Shown: in pieces, positions 25,451 to 37,100 of the stretch
Numbering within the stretch: position 1 is the first letter of the stretch
Layout: each line of letters begins with the position of its first letter
Assembly: GCA_030390025.1 (NCBI GenBank)
Contig: CM059431.1
Span: 147,810,001-147,874,000 of the forward strand
Length of the DNA stretch: 64,000 nucleotides
Reading direction: 5' to 3'
Source: Squalus acanthias
Lineage: Eukaryota
The notes under the pieces: generated by a model
Seen by the model: the letters and a program-made list of their open reading frames with translations, nothing else
Told to the model about the DNA's origin: nothing
Databases searched by the model: none
Position numbers and translations under genes: made by a program

Positions 25451-27843
25451 TCATGTTCGGGTCTTCCCGCGATCCTCCCCATGGGCCGCGTGGACCTTTC
25501 CTTGAGATGGTTCAAGCTCCTTCATCTGCTTAGCTACATATCGAATGAAATCCCCATAACTGGGGGCGCTGGGCTGAGATTCTGCCTCTCGTGGGGCCGC
25601 CTCAACCATTTCTTTCTCAGATGATCTTTTACAGTTCCGGGCATAGTGTCCCAACACCCCACAGGCAGAGCACTTCTTTCCCTGACTCCACTCATGCAAC
25701 CACTTCCGAGGTGCCCCCCGCCCTTCATTTCACAGACCTTGCCTTTTGACTTGCTTATTACCCCGGAGTTCTTTTTATCTAACTGGCGCGCCTGGAAACG
25801 CAGGCTCATTTTCCGCAACACCCTGATCTCAGTATTGGTGATATCTTCTGGGTCAAAGTACGCCATTGCGGCTTGTAAATAGGGCACACTGTAGGAGATC
25901 AGTGTGCAACCAATGGTTCCCCGCTTCTCCGTCGAGGTCTGCTCTCCTTACCACCCCTCCCATGGCTGCATTATAGGTCGGCCATAACCTGTCAGCAAAA
26001 GCTGCCAGGTGTTCGTTTGGGCCTTGATCCACGTCCGCCACGGCCTTAAAAGAAACCCTTTACCCTGTCACAACAACTGGGCAACCCTCAACTTTAGCGC
26101 ACCGTCAGTGCCCTCTCTCCTCTTATTCTCTGGTGGAAGTCCAGCAAAGACACTGGAGCTCAGAGTAAATAGCAGCAAGCGCTTCTTTTCCTCCTTAACC
26201 AGGTCATTTAAAGCGGCCTTCTGCACCAGTCGCTGAAGGTAAGCATGCAGGTACAGCAGGCGGTTAAGATGGCAAATGGTATGTTGGCCTTCATAGCGAG
26301 AGGATTCGAGTACAGGAGCAAGGATGTTTTGCTGCAGTTGTCCAAGGCCTTGGTGAGACCACACCTTTAGTATTGTGTGCAGTTTTGGTCGCCTTATCTG
26401 AGGAAGGATGTTGTTGCCATGGAGAGAGTGCAGCGAAGATTTACCAGACTGATACCTGGGACGGCAGGAATGACGTATGAAGATAGATTTGGTCGATTAG
26501 GCTTATATTCGCTAGAGTTTAGAAGAATGAGAGGGGATCTCATTGAAACTTATAAAACTCCAACAGGACTAGACAGACTAGATGCAGGAAGGATGTTCCC
26601 GATGGCAGGGTTGTCCAGAACCAGGGGTCACAGTCTAAGGATAAGGGGTAAGCCATTTAGGACTGAGATGAGGAGGAATTTCTTCACCCAGAGAGTGTTG
26701 AACCTGTGGAATTCTCTACCACAGAAGGCATTTGAGGCCAATTCATTAAATATATTCAAGAAGGAGATAGATATATTTCTTAAGGCGAAAGGGATCAAGG
26801 AATATGGTGAGAAAGCAGGGACAGGGTACTGAATTTGGATGATCAGCCATGATCTCATTAAATGGCGGAGCAGTCTCGAGGGGCCGAATGGCCAACTCCT
26901 GCTCCTATCTTCTATGCTTCTATGCTTCTATGCTTCTACTTCCAGATAATACCCTTGGGGGCCCCCTCCCATTGCCAGCTTGTTCATATCACTGGACATT
27001 TTCCTTAACTCCTCAGTATTATACGGGACCACAAACTCCCTCTCTAGCGCCCCCAGCGCTCCTTCACCCGCACCCACGGCCGGAGCCTGGTACCGTTTTT
27101 GACACATCGGGGCCATAGGTGGGGGACTGAATCCCTCCGGTGGGCTATTTCCAGTTTGTGAGCCCGTCGGCGGGTGATTTTTATCAACCCCTTTGGTATC
27201 CTGCAGATCTCCTCCAACCACAGGAGTCATGGCACACACAATACCCCTCTGGACCTTCAACTTTTCCCGCAGCTCCCTAATCAATTCCTTCCATTCAGTG
27301 TCATCCCCGGCAGCACTCCGGTCCTCCAGAGCCTGTCTCTGAGTGAACCTGAATGCAGCCTTCAAATCGTCATCAGCTTTCTCTGCTCGTTCTTACCGAT
27401 CTCTCTGGTTGGCCGCCTCCTCTGAACAAACATCTCACTGATTCTGATTATTTACACACCGGCTCTCAAGGTACTGCCCTTTGTTACACCACCTCTCCTT
27501 TACCTTTTTAAGCTGTCCCTAAGCCTTTTCTTACTTTCTCTTTCACCCTCTAATTCCAGTCGAACCCGGTTTACAACCGCTTCCCTATCACTGACATCCT
27601 TTACCATCTCTTCCATCTCCTTATGCATCTGAGCCATTTTACACACATCATTCTTAAACTGCCTCTGGTCTGCCATTGACCAGACGGCCGTTACCATCCC
27701 TGGCCGGCAGGTGGACCCTTGGTCCACTGTTCAGCCTCAGCCACTGGGTCAGCAACCTCAATAATGCCCCGTACCCACCCCTTCCTGAGGGGTAACTTCG
27801 CTCTCACATATTTCCTGACTAACTCATACATTGTTTTTGCCAT
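25451..27843 (-). pseudogene. gag: gag of the LTR element, interrupted by a CR1
   Basis: MAKTMYELVRKY start, coiled-coil segments, MHR-like motif, CCHC knuckle, PSAP, and TGA at 25453-25451. Confidence 0.85.
26225..26937 (+). mobile_element. 5'-truncated CR1 inserted in gag
   Basis: ORF 26377-26832 is the CR1 RT C-terminus; (tatgcttc)n tail; gag sequence continues on both sides. Confidence 0.92.
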
Positions 27844-27859
27844 TGTTTTTTCCGAGCGA

Positions 27860-27877
27860 GTCCCTGTTCGGGCGCCA
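27860..27877 (-). promoter_or_regulatory. Primer binding site for tRNA-Lys(UUU) (Lys3)
   Basis: Minus strand TGGCGCCCGAACAGGGAC, an 18/18 match to the tRNA-Lys3 primer site, 5 nt after the ...CTTACA LTR end. Confidence 0.95.
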
Positions 27878-27882
27878 GAATC

Positions 27883-28554
27883 TGTAAGATGTTCTGATTG
27901 TCTGAGAGTTTATAGAGTTCAGACTCGGGGAACAGACAACACAAAACACAATGAATCTGTGAAACTTCTTTTACTTAAAAATCAACAAGAGGTTACAAGT
28001 AATTCCCAGAATACAAACTCTACTCAATTCATGAATTTATCACAAGCAAACATCTAAAATCATTGACTTTAAGCTCAGGTGATTATAAGTAAAACCACAT
28101 ACATACTATTCACCAGATGAGAGGTCAATTCAATATGACAGACGTATGACTAACTGTAACTGGCACCTGACCACGTCACCATCGACTATAGTCCCGGATC
28201 TCAGTGTCCAATAACACTTATAACCCAAAACTGGGCAACTGGCCCCCAGCATTTATGTCCCAAACTGTGGGGAATGTTGTTTTCCTCTCCCTCTCTCTCC
28301 CTCTCTCTATCTGTTTTAAGGCTCAGTTCACCAAGGCCAGACTCCAAGGGCTGGAGACAGTCATTGTTTTTCACATCTGCAGGGCTGTTAAGGTTCTCAC
28401 AGAATTTTCAAGATCTTATCTTCCGAAGGAAAAGTACCAGCACATTAGAAGTCTTGCAAATGTTTTTAGCCAATCAGTCTCTTGCCCTCAAATCTTGTCG
28501 GTACATTTGGTCAATTTTAGATTCAGTCAAATGGAGATTCAGTCAAGTTTACCA
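27883..28554 (-). repeat. Putative 5' LTR (about 670 bp); outer boundary approximate
   Basis: Ends in CA just before the PBS; candidate TG start (tggtaaac) at 28554; CATAAA and AGTAAA as TATA-like and polyA-like signals. There is no second LTR to confirm it. Confidence 0.6.
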
Positions 28555-29365
28555 GGACAGTTCTCTTTTGGGCCTCAACTATTCACTGCTTTTGTTAACG
28601 ACTTTATTGATAGGATTGAGAGCCACATATCCAAGTTTGATGATGACACAATGATAGGCGGCATTTAAACAGTTTAGATGGAACCACGAAATTAGAAGAG
28701 ATATTAATAGATTAAGTGAATGGGCAAAACTATGGCAAATTGATTTAAATATAAGCAAGTGTGAGGTCATCCACTTCGGATTTAAAATGGAGAGATCAAA
28801 TTACTTTCTAAATGGTGAATAGCTGGAACCAATGGATGTCCAAAGAGACTTATGGGTCCATGCACATATATCATTAAATTGTCATGGACAGGTACAGAAA
28901 ATATCAAAAGGGCTAATTGAATGGTGGTATTTATATCTATAGGAGTACAATATAAGGGGGAGAAGTTATGCTACACCTATACAAAACACTGGTTAGACCA
29001 GACCTGGAGTACTCTGTTCATTTCTGTGCATCACATCTTAGGAAGGAAGTATTAGCCTGAAAGAGTGAAGCGTAGATTTACCAGAATGATACATAGAGCC
29101 CAAGGGTTAAATTATGAGGAGAGATTACACAAACGAAGGTTGTTTTCTCTGGAATTTAGAAGCATAAGGGGTGATTTCATTGAAGTATTCATAATATTAA
29201 GTGGAACCGATAGATAAGATAGAGAGAAGATATTTTCGATGATTCACAAGTCTAGGACTAGGTGACTTAGCCTTAATATTAGATCCAAGCCTTTCCGGAG
29301 TGAAGTTAGGAAACACTTCTACATGTAATGGGTGCTAGAAATCTGTAACTCACCCCCACAAACAG
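28555..29365 (+). mobile_element. Decayed CR1 3' fragment
   Basis: GPQLFT..ISKFDDDT and a degenerate RT C-terminus. Confidence 0.8.
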
Positions 29366-29369
29366 CATA

Positions 29370-31188
29370 AAAGGGAACCCAAAAATCTTCTAACGGCATA
29401 AAGACATTATGCAGTTAGTAAGAGGCAGGGTGGATCCTATTAGGGACAAATAAGTTGATATATGCGTAGAGGCGCAGGGCAAGGCTAGAATACCAAATCA
29501 GTACTTTGTATCGGTAGAAGTGGAAAAGGTAGAAGCAATGGAAGGGGTGAAAATAGATAGACAGGAAGTACGAGAAAGGCTGGGTATACATAGAGTGGAC
29601 AAGGCGTCTGGTCCAGGTGGCTTCCATCCCAGGTTGCTATGGAAAATGGAGGAGGAGATGGCGGAGGGCTTGCCATAATTTTCCAATCTTCCCTAGATAC
29701 GGGGGAGGTGCCTGACGATTGGAAAGTGGCAAATGTGACACAATTGTTCAAGAAAGGGCGTAAGGACAATCCTAGTAACTACAGGCCGGTCAGTTTAACA
29801 TCAGTGGTGGGTAAAGTTTAAAAACAATAATCAAGGAAAAAATTAACGGGCATTTGGTGAGGTTTAAGCTAATTAAGGAGAGACAACACGGGTTTTTAAA
29901 AGGCAGATCATGTTTGAGTAATCTAATTGAATTTTTTGATGAAGTAACAAAGAGGATTGAAGAAGGGAATACAATGGATGCTGTCCACATGGATTTTCGG
30001 AAGGCGCTTGACAAAGTATCACATAGAAGGCTGCTTAACAAAATTAAGGCTCATGGAATAGGTGGGTCAGTTGCAGCTTGGATAAGGAATTGGCTTAAGG
30101 ACAGAAAACAGCGAGTTGTGGTAAATGGCCGTTTTCAGACTGGAGGATGGTAGACAGTGGTGTTCTGCAAGGATCAGTTCTGGGGCCAATGCTTTTTTGA
30201 TATATATATATATATATATATAAACGACCTGGATATTGGAATACAGAGTAGAATTTCTAAATTTGCTGATGACACCGAACTTGGGTGTGTGGCAAACAGT
30301 GATGATGATATCAACTGGCTGCAACTGGACATAGAAAGGCTAGCAGACAATTGGCAGATGGAATTTAACAAAGAGAAGTGTGAGGTGATGTATTTTGGCA
30401 GAAGGAACAGAGAGAGGCAACATACACTTAATGGTACAGTTTTAAAGAGTGTGCAGGGACAGAGGGACCTGGGAGTTAATGTGCATGGGTCCCTGAAGGT
30501 GGCAGGATGTATTGAGAGAGCCGTTAACAAAGCATATGCGATCTTGTGGTTCATAAATAGCGGTATTGAGTAAAAAATTAGAGAAGTAATGCTGAACATT
30601 TATAAAGCGCTGGTTAGGCCACAACTCACAACTGGAGTATTGCATCCAGTTCTGGCCACCACACTTTCGAAAAGATGTGAAGGCCCTTGAGATGGGGTAC
30701 AGGAGATTTACCAGAATGGTTCCGGGGATGGGAGAATCTTAGCTACAAGGACAGGTTGAAGAAGCTGGATTTGTTTTCATTAGAGAAAAGGAGGTTGACG
30801 TGTGATTTGATAGAGGTGTGCAAGGTTATGACGGGTTTGGATAGGCTAGACGGGGAATTAGTGTTCCTACTACTTGATGGTACAAGGACATAGGGGATAC
30901 AAATTTAAGGTTTTGGGCAGGAGATACAGGGGAGACGTGAGGAAAAACATTTTTTGCACAATGAGTGTTGATGACTTGGAATTCGCTGCGGTCGGAAGTG
31001 CTGGAAGCGGAGACACTCAATGTTTTAAAGGGGAGACTGGACAGGCACTTGTGGGAAATAAACTTGCAGGGCTACGGGGATAGAGCGGGGAATGGGACTG
31101 ACTGGATTGCTCTACAGACAGACGACAAGGACTCGATGGACCGAATGGTCTCCTTCTGTGCCGTAATGACTCGATGAATCTATGACTC
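29370..31188 (+). mobile_element. 5'-truncated CR1 LINE
   Basis: [32 protein letters not shown], then a 3' UTR with a short repeat tail. Confidence 0.88.
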
Positions 31189-31460
31189 TAGATGGAACGA
31201 TGAAATTAGAACAGATATTAATAGATTAAGCGAATGGGCAAATCAGTGGCAAACTGATTTAAATATAAGCAAGTGTGAGGTCATCCACTTAGGATCTAAA
31301 AAGGAGAGATCAGTATACTTTCTAAATGGTGAAAGCCTGGAACCAGTTGAGGTCCAAAGAGACTTAAGTGCCCATGTACATACAAAATTAAATTGTCATG
31401 AACAGGTACAGAAAATAATCAAAAAGGGTAATTTAATGCTGCTATTTATATCTGGAGGAC
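31189..31460 (+). mobile_element. CR1 fragment closely similar to 28675-28945
   Basis: tagatggaac..aaattagaa.agatattaatagattaag.gaatgggcaaa.. is colinear with the earlier copy. Confidence 0.8.
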
Positions 31461-31809
31461 ATTGTATTATATACAGGCCTGATATATAGGCTGTTCGAAT
31501 CTGAATTGAAATATGGAAACCTCTGAAACTGTTGACCTCAGCACTTGAAGTTTAGTTACACTTTCCATGTTAACAATCTTATGCTAAACATACAAAGATC
31601 ACAAATATCCGGGACCTGAATGTGTGCGAGACACTGCTCTTGATCCACCCGATAAGGTGGACCATGGCGAGCAGTTTCATCTTGTCCAGAACAGGTGCAC
31701 CAGAGGACACGGCCTGAGATTGAAGGGGGTAAATTCAAACTAATCTCCAGAAACATTATTTCAGTAGCGATTGTGTATCTATGGAACAGGCTTCCTTCCT
31801 AATCTTTAT

Positions 31810-32360
31810 AATTAAAACTAGGGGACAGGGGAGTTCAGGGGAACACGAGCAGCAAAAATAGAAATAGAATAAAGGGGAATTTAGGGGAGCATTGCAAATA
31901 TTTAATTAGACATAGAGCACAGGAACATTAAGTAGAACAAAATAAGTTTTAATTAGAAATAGAATAAAGGGAATATAGGGGATCACATTGATGGTTTAAT
32001 TAGTAATAGAGGTCATGGGAATATGGCAACTGATATTAGAAATGGGGACCAGCGGAACACAATAACCCTTCATTTACAAATGCGGACAGGTGAAGACAGT
32101 AACTGTTCAATTAGAAATACAGGACAAGGAGATTCAGGGGGATAAACTAACTGTCTAATCAGAAATATAATAAAAGGAAACATGGGGTAACACAGTAAAT
32201 AACTGTTTATTTAAAAGTAAGGGACGGGGAGGCAGTGACTATTTATTTATAAATAGAGGAGACGAGAATGTCAGAGAAACACAGTAACTGTTTAATTAGA
32301 AATAGAGAAACACAAGGGAATACAACAACTGGTTAATTAGAAACAGGGGACGGAGAATCA
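31810..32360. repeat. Degenerate ~45-bp tandem array
   Basis: Recurring aattagaaatag..ggac.ggg..aacacagtaactgttt. Confidence 0.7.
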
Positions 32361-33564
32361 CAATCACACCAGATTGAATGTGTCACGGTAATGTAATGTT
32401 TAATTATTCATGCATTCCCTTTCTATTTTACCTGTGGAGTTTGGATGATGTGGTTGATTGAAGGTCGCCTTCTTAGGATTGTAGCTTTTTGCAGAACATC
32501 GCTGACTGATGGAACTGAAACCTCTGCCGGCTGCCTGACTCGGGCCTTAAATACTACTGGTTGTCCGAATCCAGTTAAATGAGAATGTGGCTTTTACACA
32601 AAACTGCCCGCAACTAATCACCACTTCCCCCAGAAGCTGGATGCCAGCCGTATTGGCAGAGCTCGGGCTCCACGGGGCTCTGCAACAAAAAGGGTTGTGG
32701 TTTTGGAGAACGTCTGTGTCAAGTGGAACGTTAAAGAGTGACGGGGAAAGCGGGCTCTTAATCACAGTTAGTAAATGGAGCCCATTCACAATTAAAGTAC
32801 AAAGGCTCTTGTCAGCATAAGCTTTTCAATAATGTTCTTCAACATTGGAGTGATGTGCCATAGGTTTATTAAGCACATAATACATGCAATAGTCCTTACA
32901 CACACACTTAAAAGGTAGGAATGAGAACCACACCTGATGATGGTTGGTGTGGAGACCCAAACATGTCACAGTCCTGAGCTCAGTATCTTTGTGGCATTTA
33001 CCAAACCGAATACATTTTTATACATTTTTCTCACTCCCTGTGCTTGACAATCCTCGGAATTCTGCTTTACACAATTATATCAAAGTCAAAATAAAACACT
33101 ACACAAAGATAATTTAATTGATTTATCTGATCGAGAGCTTCACTCTTGACCCATATAATTGCAATTGTACCAAGTGAAACCTTTAACATTAATTCTGTCT
33201 GTTTCTGTATCTATTGTACGAATTGAAAATGATGATGGACGCCCGGATGTTTTCCATTGCCGAACTAACGCTCTTCCCAAACTGTTACCAAATGATTAAA
33301 GTTCCCTGAAATTAATGAATCTATTTGCAATCTCATGAGTTTAATTAAATCGCTTATTACTACATCGTGAAACTGACCATTGATGCAGGGTCTGCCCTGG
33401 CCCAACAGCCCAGTGGGAATTTAAACAGACCAGTACTTCCCTGCTTAACAGGAAAAGGCTAAAGGTTAACTTTGCTACGATAGAAAGAGAAATCAACACA
33501 GTATCACATTAGCAGATTTTAGGATATTCTGTTTCGGCGGAAAAAAATATATTCATCCGGGTTA

Positions 33565-33992
33565 AAAGAAAGAAAAGGAAAGATTTGTATTTCTAGCTCC
33601 TGTCACGGCCACCGGACGTCCCAAAGCGCCTTACAGCAAACGAAGTGTTTTTTGAGATGTAATCACTGTTGAAATGTAGGAAACGCGGCAACCAATCTGC
33701 GCACAGCAAGCTCCCACAAATAGCAATGTAATAAGGGCCAGTTAATTTGTTTTTTTAGTGATGCTGATTGAGGGATAAATATTGGCTTGGACACCTGGCT
33801 CTTCCACGAAATAGTGCACAGGAGCTTCGGTTTAATTTATCACCCGAAAGAGGGCTCCTCCGACAATGCAGCACTCCCTCAGCCCTGCACTGGAGTGTCA
33901 GCCTAGATTATGGTAGATTATTGAGTCTCTGGAGCGTGACTTGAAGCCACAACCTTCTCACGAGGTTGCTACCAGCTGAGCCACGGCTGACC
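33565..33992 (-). mobile_element. tRNA-derived DeuSINE-type (SacSINE1-like) SINE
   Basis: Head gtcagccgTGGCTCAGCTGGtagc..ggcTTCAAGTC (A/B boxes), central ctaggctgacactccagtgcagggctgagggagtgctgcattgtcggagg, and a (ttct)n tail. Confidence 0.75.
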
Positions 33993-34129
33993 CAGGGAAA
34001 GCAGCAGACACAAAACACACGGCACAAAAAGGAAGAAAGGTTTTCTGATACCTGTTCATTTTCACAGCAACAATCGGCTTTCCTCCTAACGGTAAGACGG
34101 CCATTCTAAAATGGAACACGGGCTGCAAT

Positions 34130-37100
34130 TTAATTCTGGTTAAAGGAAGATTTGGTTTGACTTTTCATTTGTTTAACCAATATCAGAATCAATGTCAAAG
34201 GAGATTTCACCACTTTCGTCAGCTCTTCCCTGAATTTAGTTTGTGTAGCTGCATAAATACAAGTGTTTGTACAGGAACTCAAAAACATGAGCATATATCC
34301 GGCTAGAGTGGCGATGAATGCAGGAGATGTATAATCGGGTCGGAGATGCACGGCCAGTTTGTTAATTATAGAATTTACAGCAGATGTCAACCAAAACAGT
34401 ATAAAACTGCCCGATACAATGAACAGTAAAATGATAGATTTCCTTCGGTTCTCCATCTCTGGATCGCTCTGATTCTCACTGCTGTCACCCCGGAGTCCCC
34501 TGCGGATTCTACTGGCCACTAAAATACGTCTGACTGTCAAACAATTAAACAGTAATATCAAAACAAAAGGAAGATATGTAATTAAAATATTCTGTATGTG
34601 GAAGTAGGCTACACCTGCAGGCGATGAAAAAAAGGCCATACTGGGGCGGAAACCCCAGGTAATATTGTTGATTATTTGTTTGTGCTCATATGCAAACAAA
34701 TAGGGGATGTTCTCTAAATAAACCAGAACAGAGACCGTTGTTATAACCGCGGCCGCAGTTCTCACTGTGCAATACTTTGTTTTAAACTTCTGAAAACATA
34801 TAGCTACAAATCGGTCAAATGTGAAGGAGACGGTAAACCACACCGACATATCCAGGTTGGTACAAGACATGTACATCATGAACTTACAAACGGCAGTGTA
34901 GGACAGGAATGAATATGGGAAGTGTTGACTCAAAATATGATATACGATTACATTGACGATCATGACCAGTAGATCTGCTGTTGCCATGGCCACCATGTAG
35001 ACAGAGATACATTTGGAAAGGCCGCATTTTCCTCTGGAGAGAATCACCATTGTCAAAAGGTTCGCTGTAAGAAAGAGGGACAAGAGTAAGTAATGGGGAC
35101 ACTCGGATAAATCTGACAACGTATTGTGGGGAGATGAACCGATGTGTTCCTACTGAGGGTTATGCACACACTATTATATAGACGATATTGACAATGGACA
35201 TTTTCAAACGAAATTTATCATTAAACACTCAATATCGAGGGAGTGAGAATGCGCCGTCCTGCCAGCACACTTCAGTCAGACTGTGACAAGGTGGTGGGTG
35301 GAGGTGGGTGTTGGGAGGATCGCTCGTATTCAGTATCGGAAATGGCAACGGATAGCGACCCCAACACCACCGACAACCAAGCACTGATGACTCAACGGAG
35401 GGAAATTTTGATTTTGGGCGATAGTGTAAAACGGGCGACAAAGGATCAGCCGTCCATGATACGTCTCTTCCGATTGAATCTCCATCGATATCGCCACTGA
35501 CACTATATTCATGAAAAAAAACAGAAAATTCTGGAAATACTCAGCAGGACAAGCATCATCTGTAGAGAGGGAAACAAAGTTTACGTTTCATGTCGAAACC
35601 TTTCGTTAGAAATCTTTTGAGGCTCCATTCACACTTTAACGGTGCGGTCCAGGCCAAGACACAATGGCCCAAAAATTAGTCCCGCTACGCGAGAGTACGC
35701 ACTGTGTACTCTCGCGTATTCTGTCTCCAATTGCCGGTTTTCTGCATGCACTGCGCATGCGCTGAAAACCGGCACTTGGTGAATGGAAAAGGGGGCGGGT
35801 CCTAGGTGAACCGCGTGCGCGCTACAGGCTGCGCGCACGCTGTGCACTTAGTGGTTTCAACGCGCAGGTAAGTACGGAAGATTCTGGACATAAAAAAAGG
35901 AGGAGTAAGACCCACTTTTAACAAGGTAAGTAGTGAATTAAGTATTATTCTGAATTTTTTTTAACAGGTATATCTTTTTTAGAGACTTTAAAGACAGGTA
36001 AGTTTATTTTTATAACTTTTTAAAAGATTTTAAATTTTTTCAAAAATTAAATGTTTTATTTGAAATGGTAAATTTATTTAACTATACTTATTTTATTAAT
36101 GTGATGGTTTTTTAAAATTTAATTGAGGTTTAGCGGTTCTTTTGGGGGGCTATAGTATTCATAACTTTCACAGCACTTATGTGAAAGTTATGAATGGAAA
36201 ATGGTGTGCTGCCATTGGCTCTAACTGAGTCACGTGATCCCACAGCTCGCACGAATTAACTACGCCGGTGGGATACGCAAGCCCAGCACAGCAGCTGTCC
36301 AGAACATCAAGTTCGTGCGAGCTGGAACTGAAAAAGCCAACGCGGAGTGAGAGATCGCGGGGAGGCCTTACCCTCGCACGAAGGCTTCCTCACGAATTTT
36401 TGGGCCAATAACTCGCAGGGACGGTCCAGTTACAGATTAAAGTCCCTTAAAGGGCAGCCTTTGACGGTTCTGTAACTTGTTAATTTTCAGAATCAATAAA
36501 GAAGCGAATTCCCTTACATATATCCAAACACACATTCCAATGCAGTGTGGCTGGGACCATGTGATGCACCGAGCCAATTTGATGAGTTACTACAGCGGCC
36601 CCAGGGAGCAATCGATGGACTTTTACATTTAATCTCATCGGTTTAATTGGCGAGGGGGATCTCGGTAGCGGCATCAGATGTAAGCTCTATTCAATATATT
36701 TTAAACACAATTACTGGAAAGATATGAATTAAAATAATACATTCAGCAGTGACACAAACATTCGATGTAGGTCGAAACTCTGCGCTTTTTCTATTTCTAA
36801 TGGCCCCGAGGGAAGCTGCTCGGTAACAGAGCGGGAGCTGGTGGAGCCGTGAAGATTCTTTGCAGCCTAGGGGAGGAGTGAAGCTCCCTGAGCGGAACTT
36901 ATTGCTCCAAATATCTTTCACAGTCCTCTGATGGGTGGAGGTGGCTGCGGTACCAGGAATTATCAACTTAAAGTAGACAGGGAACAACGGTACAGATGAA
37001 ATGATTAACATGGACACTAAACAACACATTCTTTAATGATCTATGTACTATTTGAGATGCCGGGGAATCAGCCTCGCCCTCCCTCAGTATAGGGAGCAAG

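Larger units (their letters stand above)
20725..28554 (-). mobile_element. Retrovirus-like LTR element with dual RNase H (lokiretrovirus-like architecture): 5' LTR-PBS-gag-pro-pol-env-like; 3' end missing
   Basis: PBS 27877-27860 and gag ATG 27843. Motifs in order: MHR-like QGPNEHLAAFADRL, CSACGVLGHYARNC, YLVDTGAS, RT NSPDWPVMKPDNSWRMTVDYR and LPQGFHNSP, two RNase H-like domains, HHCC/DDE/GPY integrase, then a downstream spliced ORF. Multiple stops and frameshifts. Confidence 0.9.

Noticed and set aside
35065..35119. N-terminus MSDLSECPHYLLLSLFLT of the 329-aa GPCR ORF
   Set aside because: It is intron sequence (polypyrimidine tract and acceptor); the real N-terminus is exon 1 at 39778-39709.
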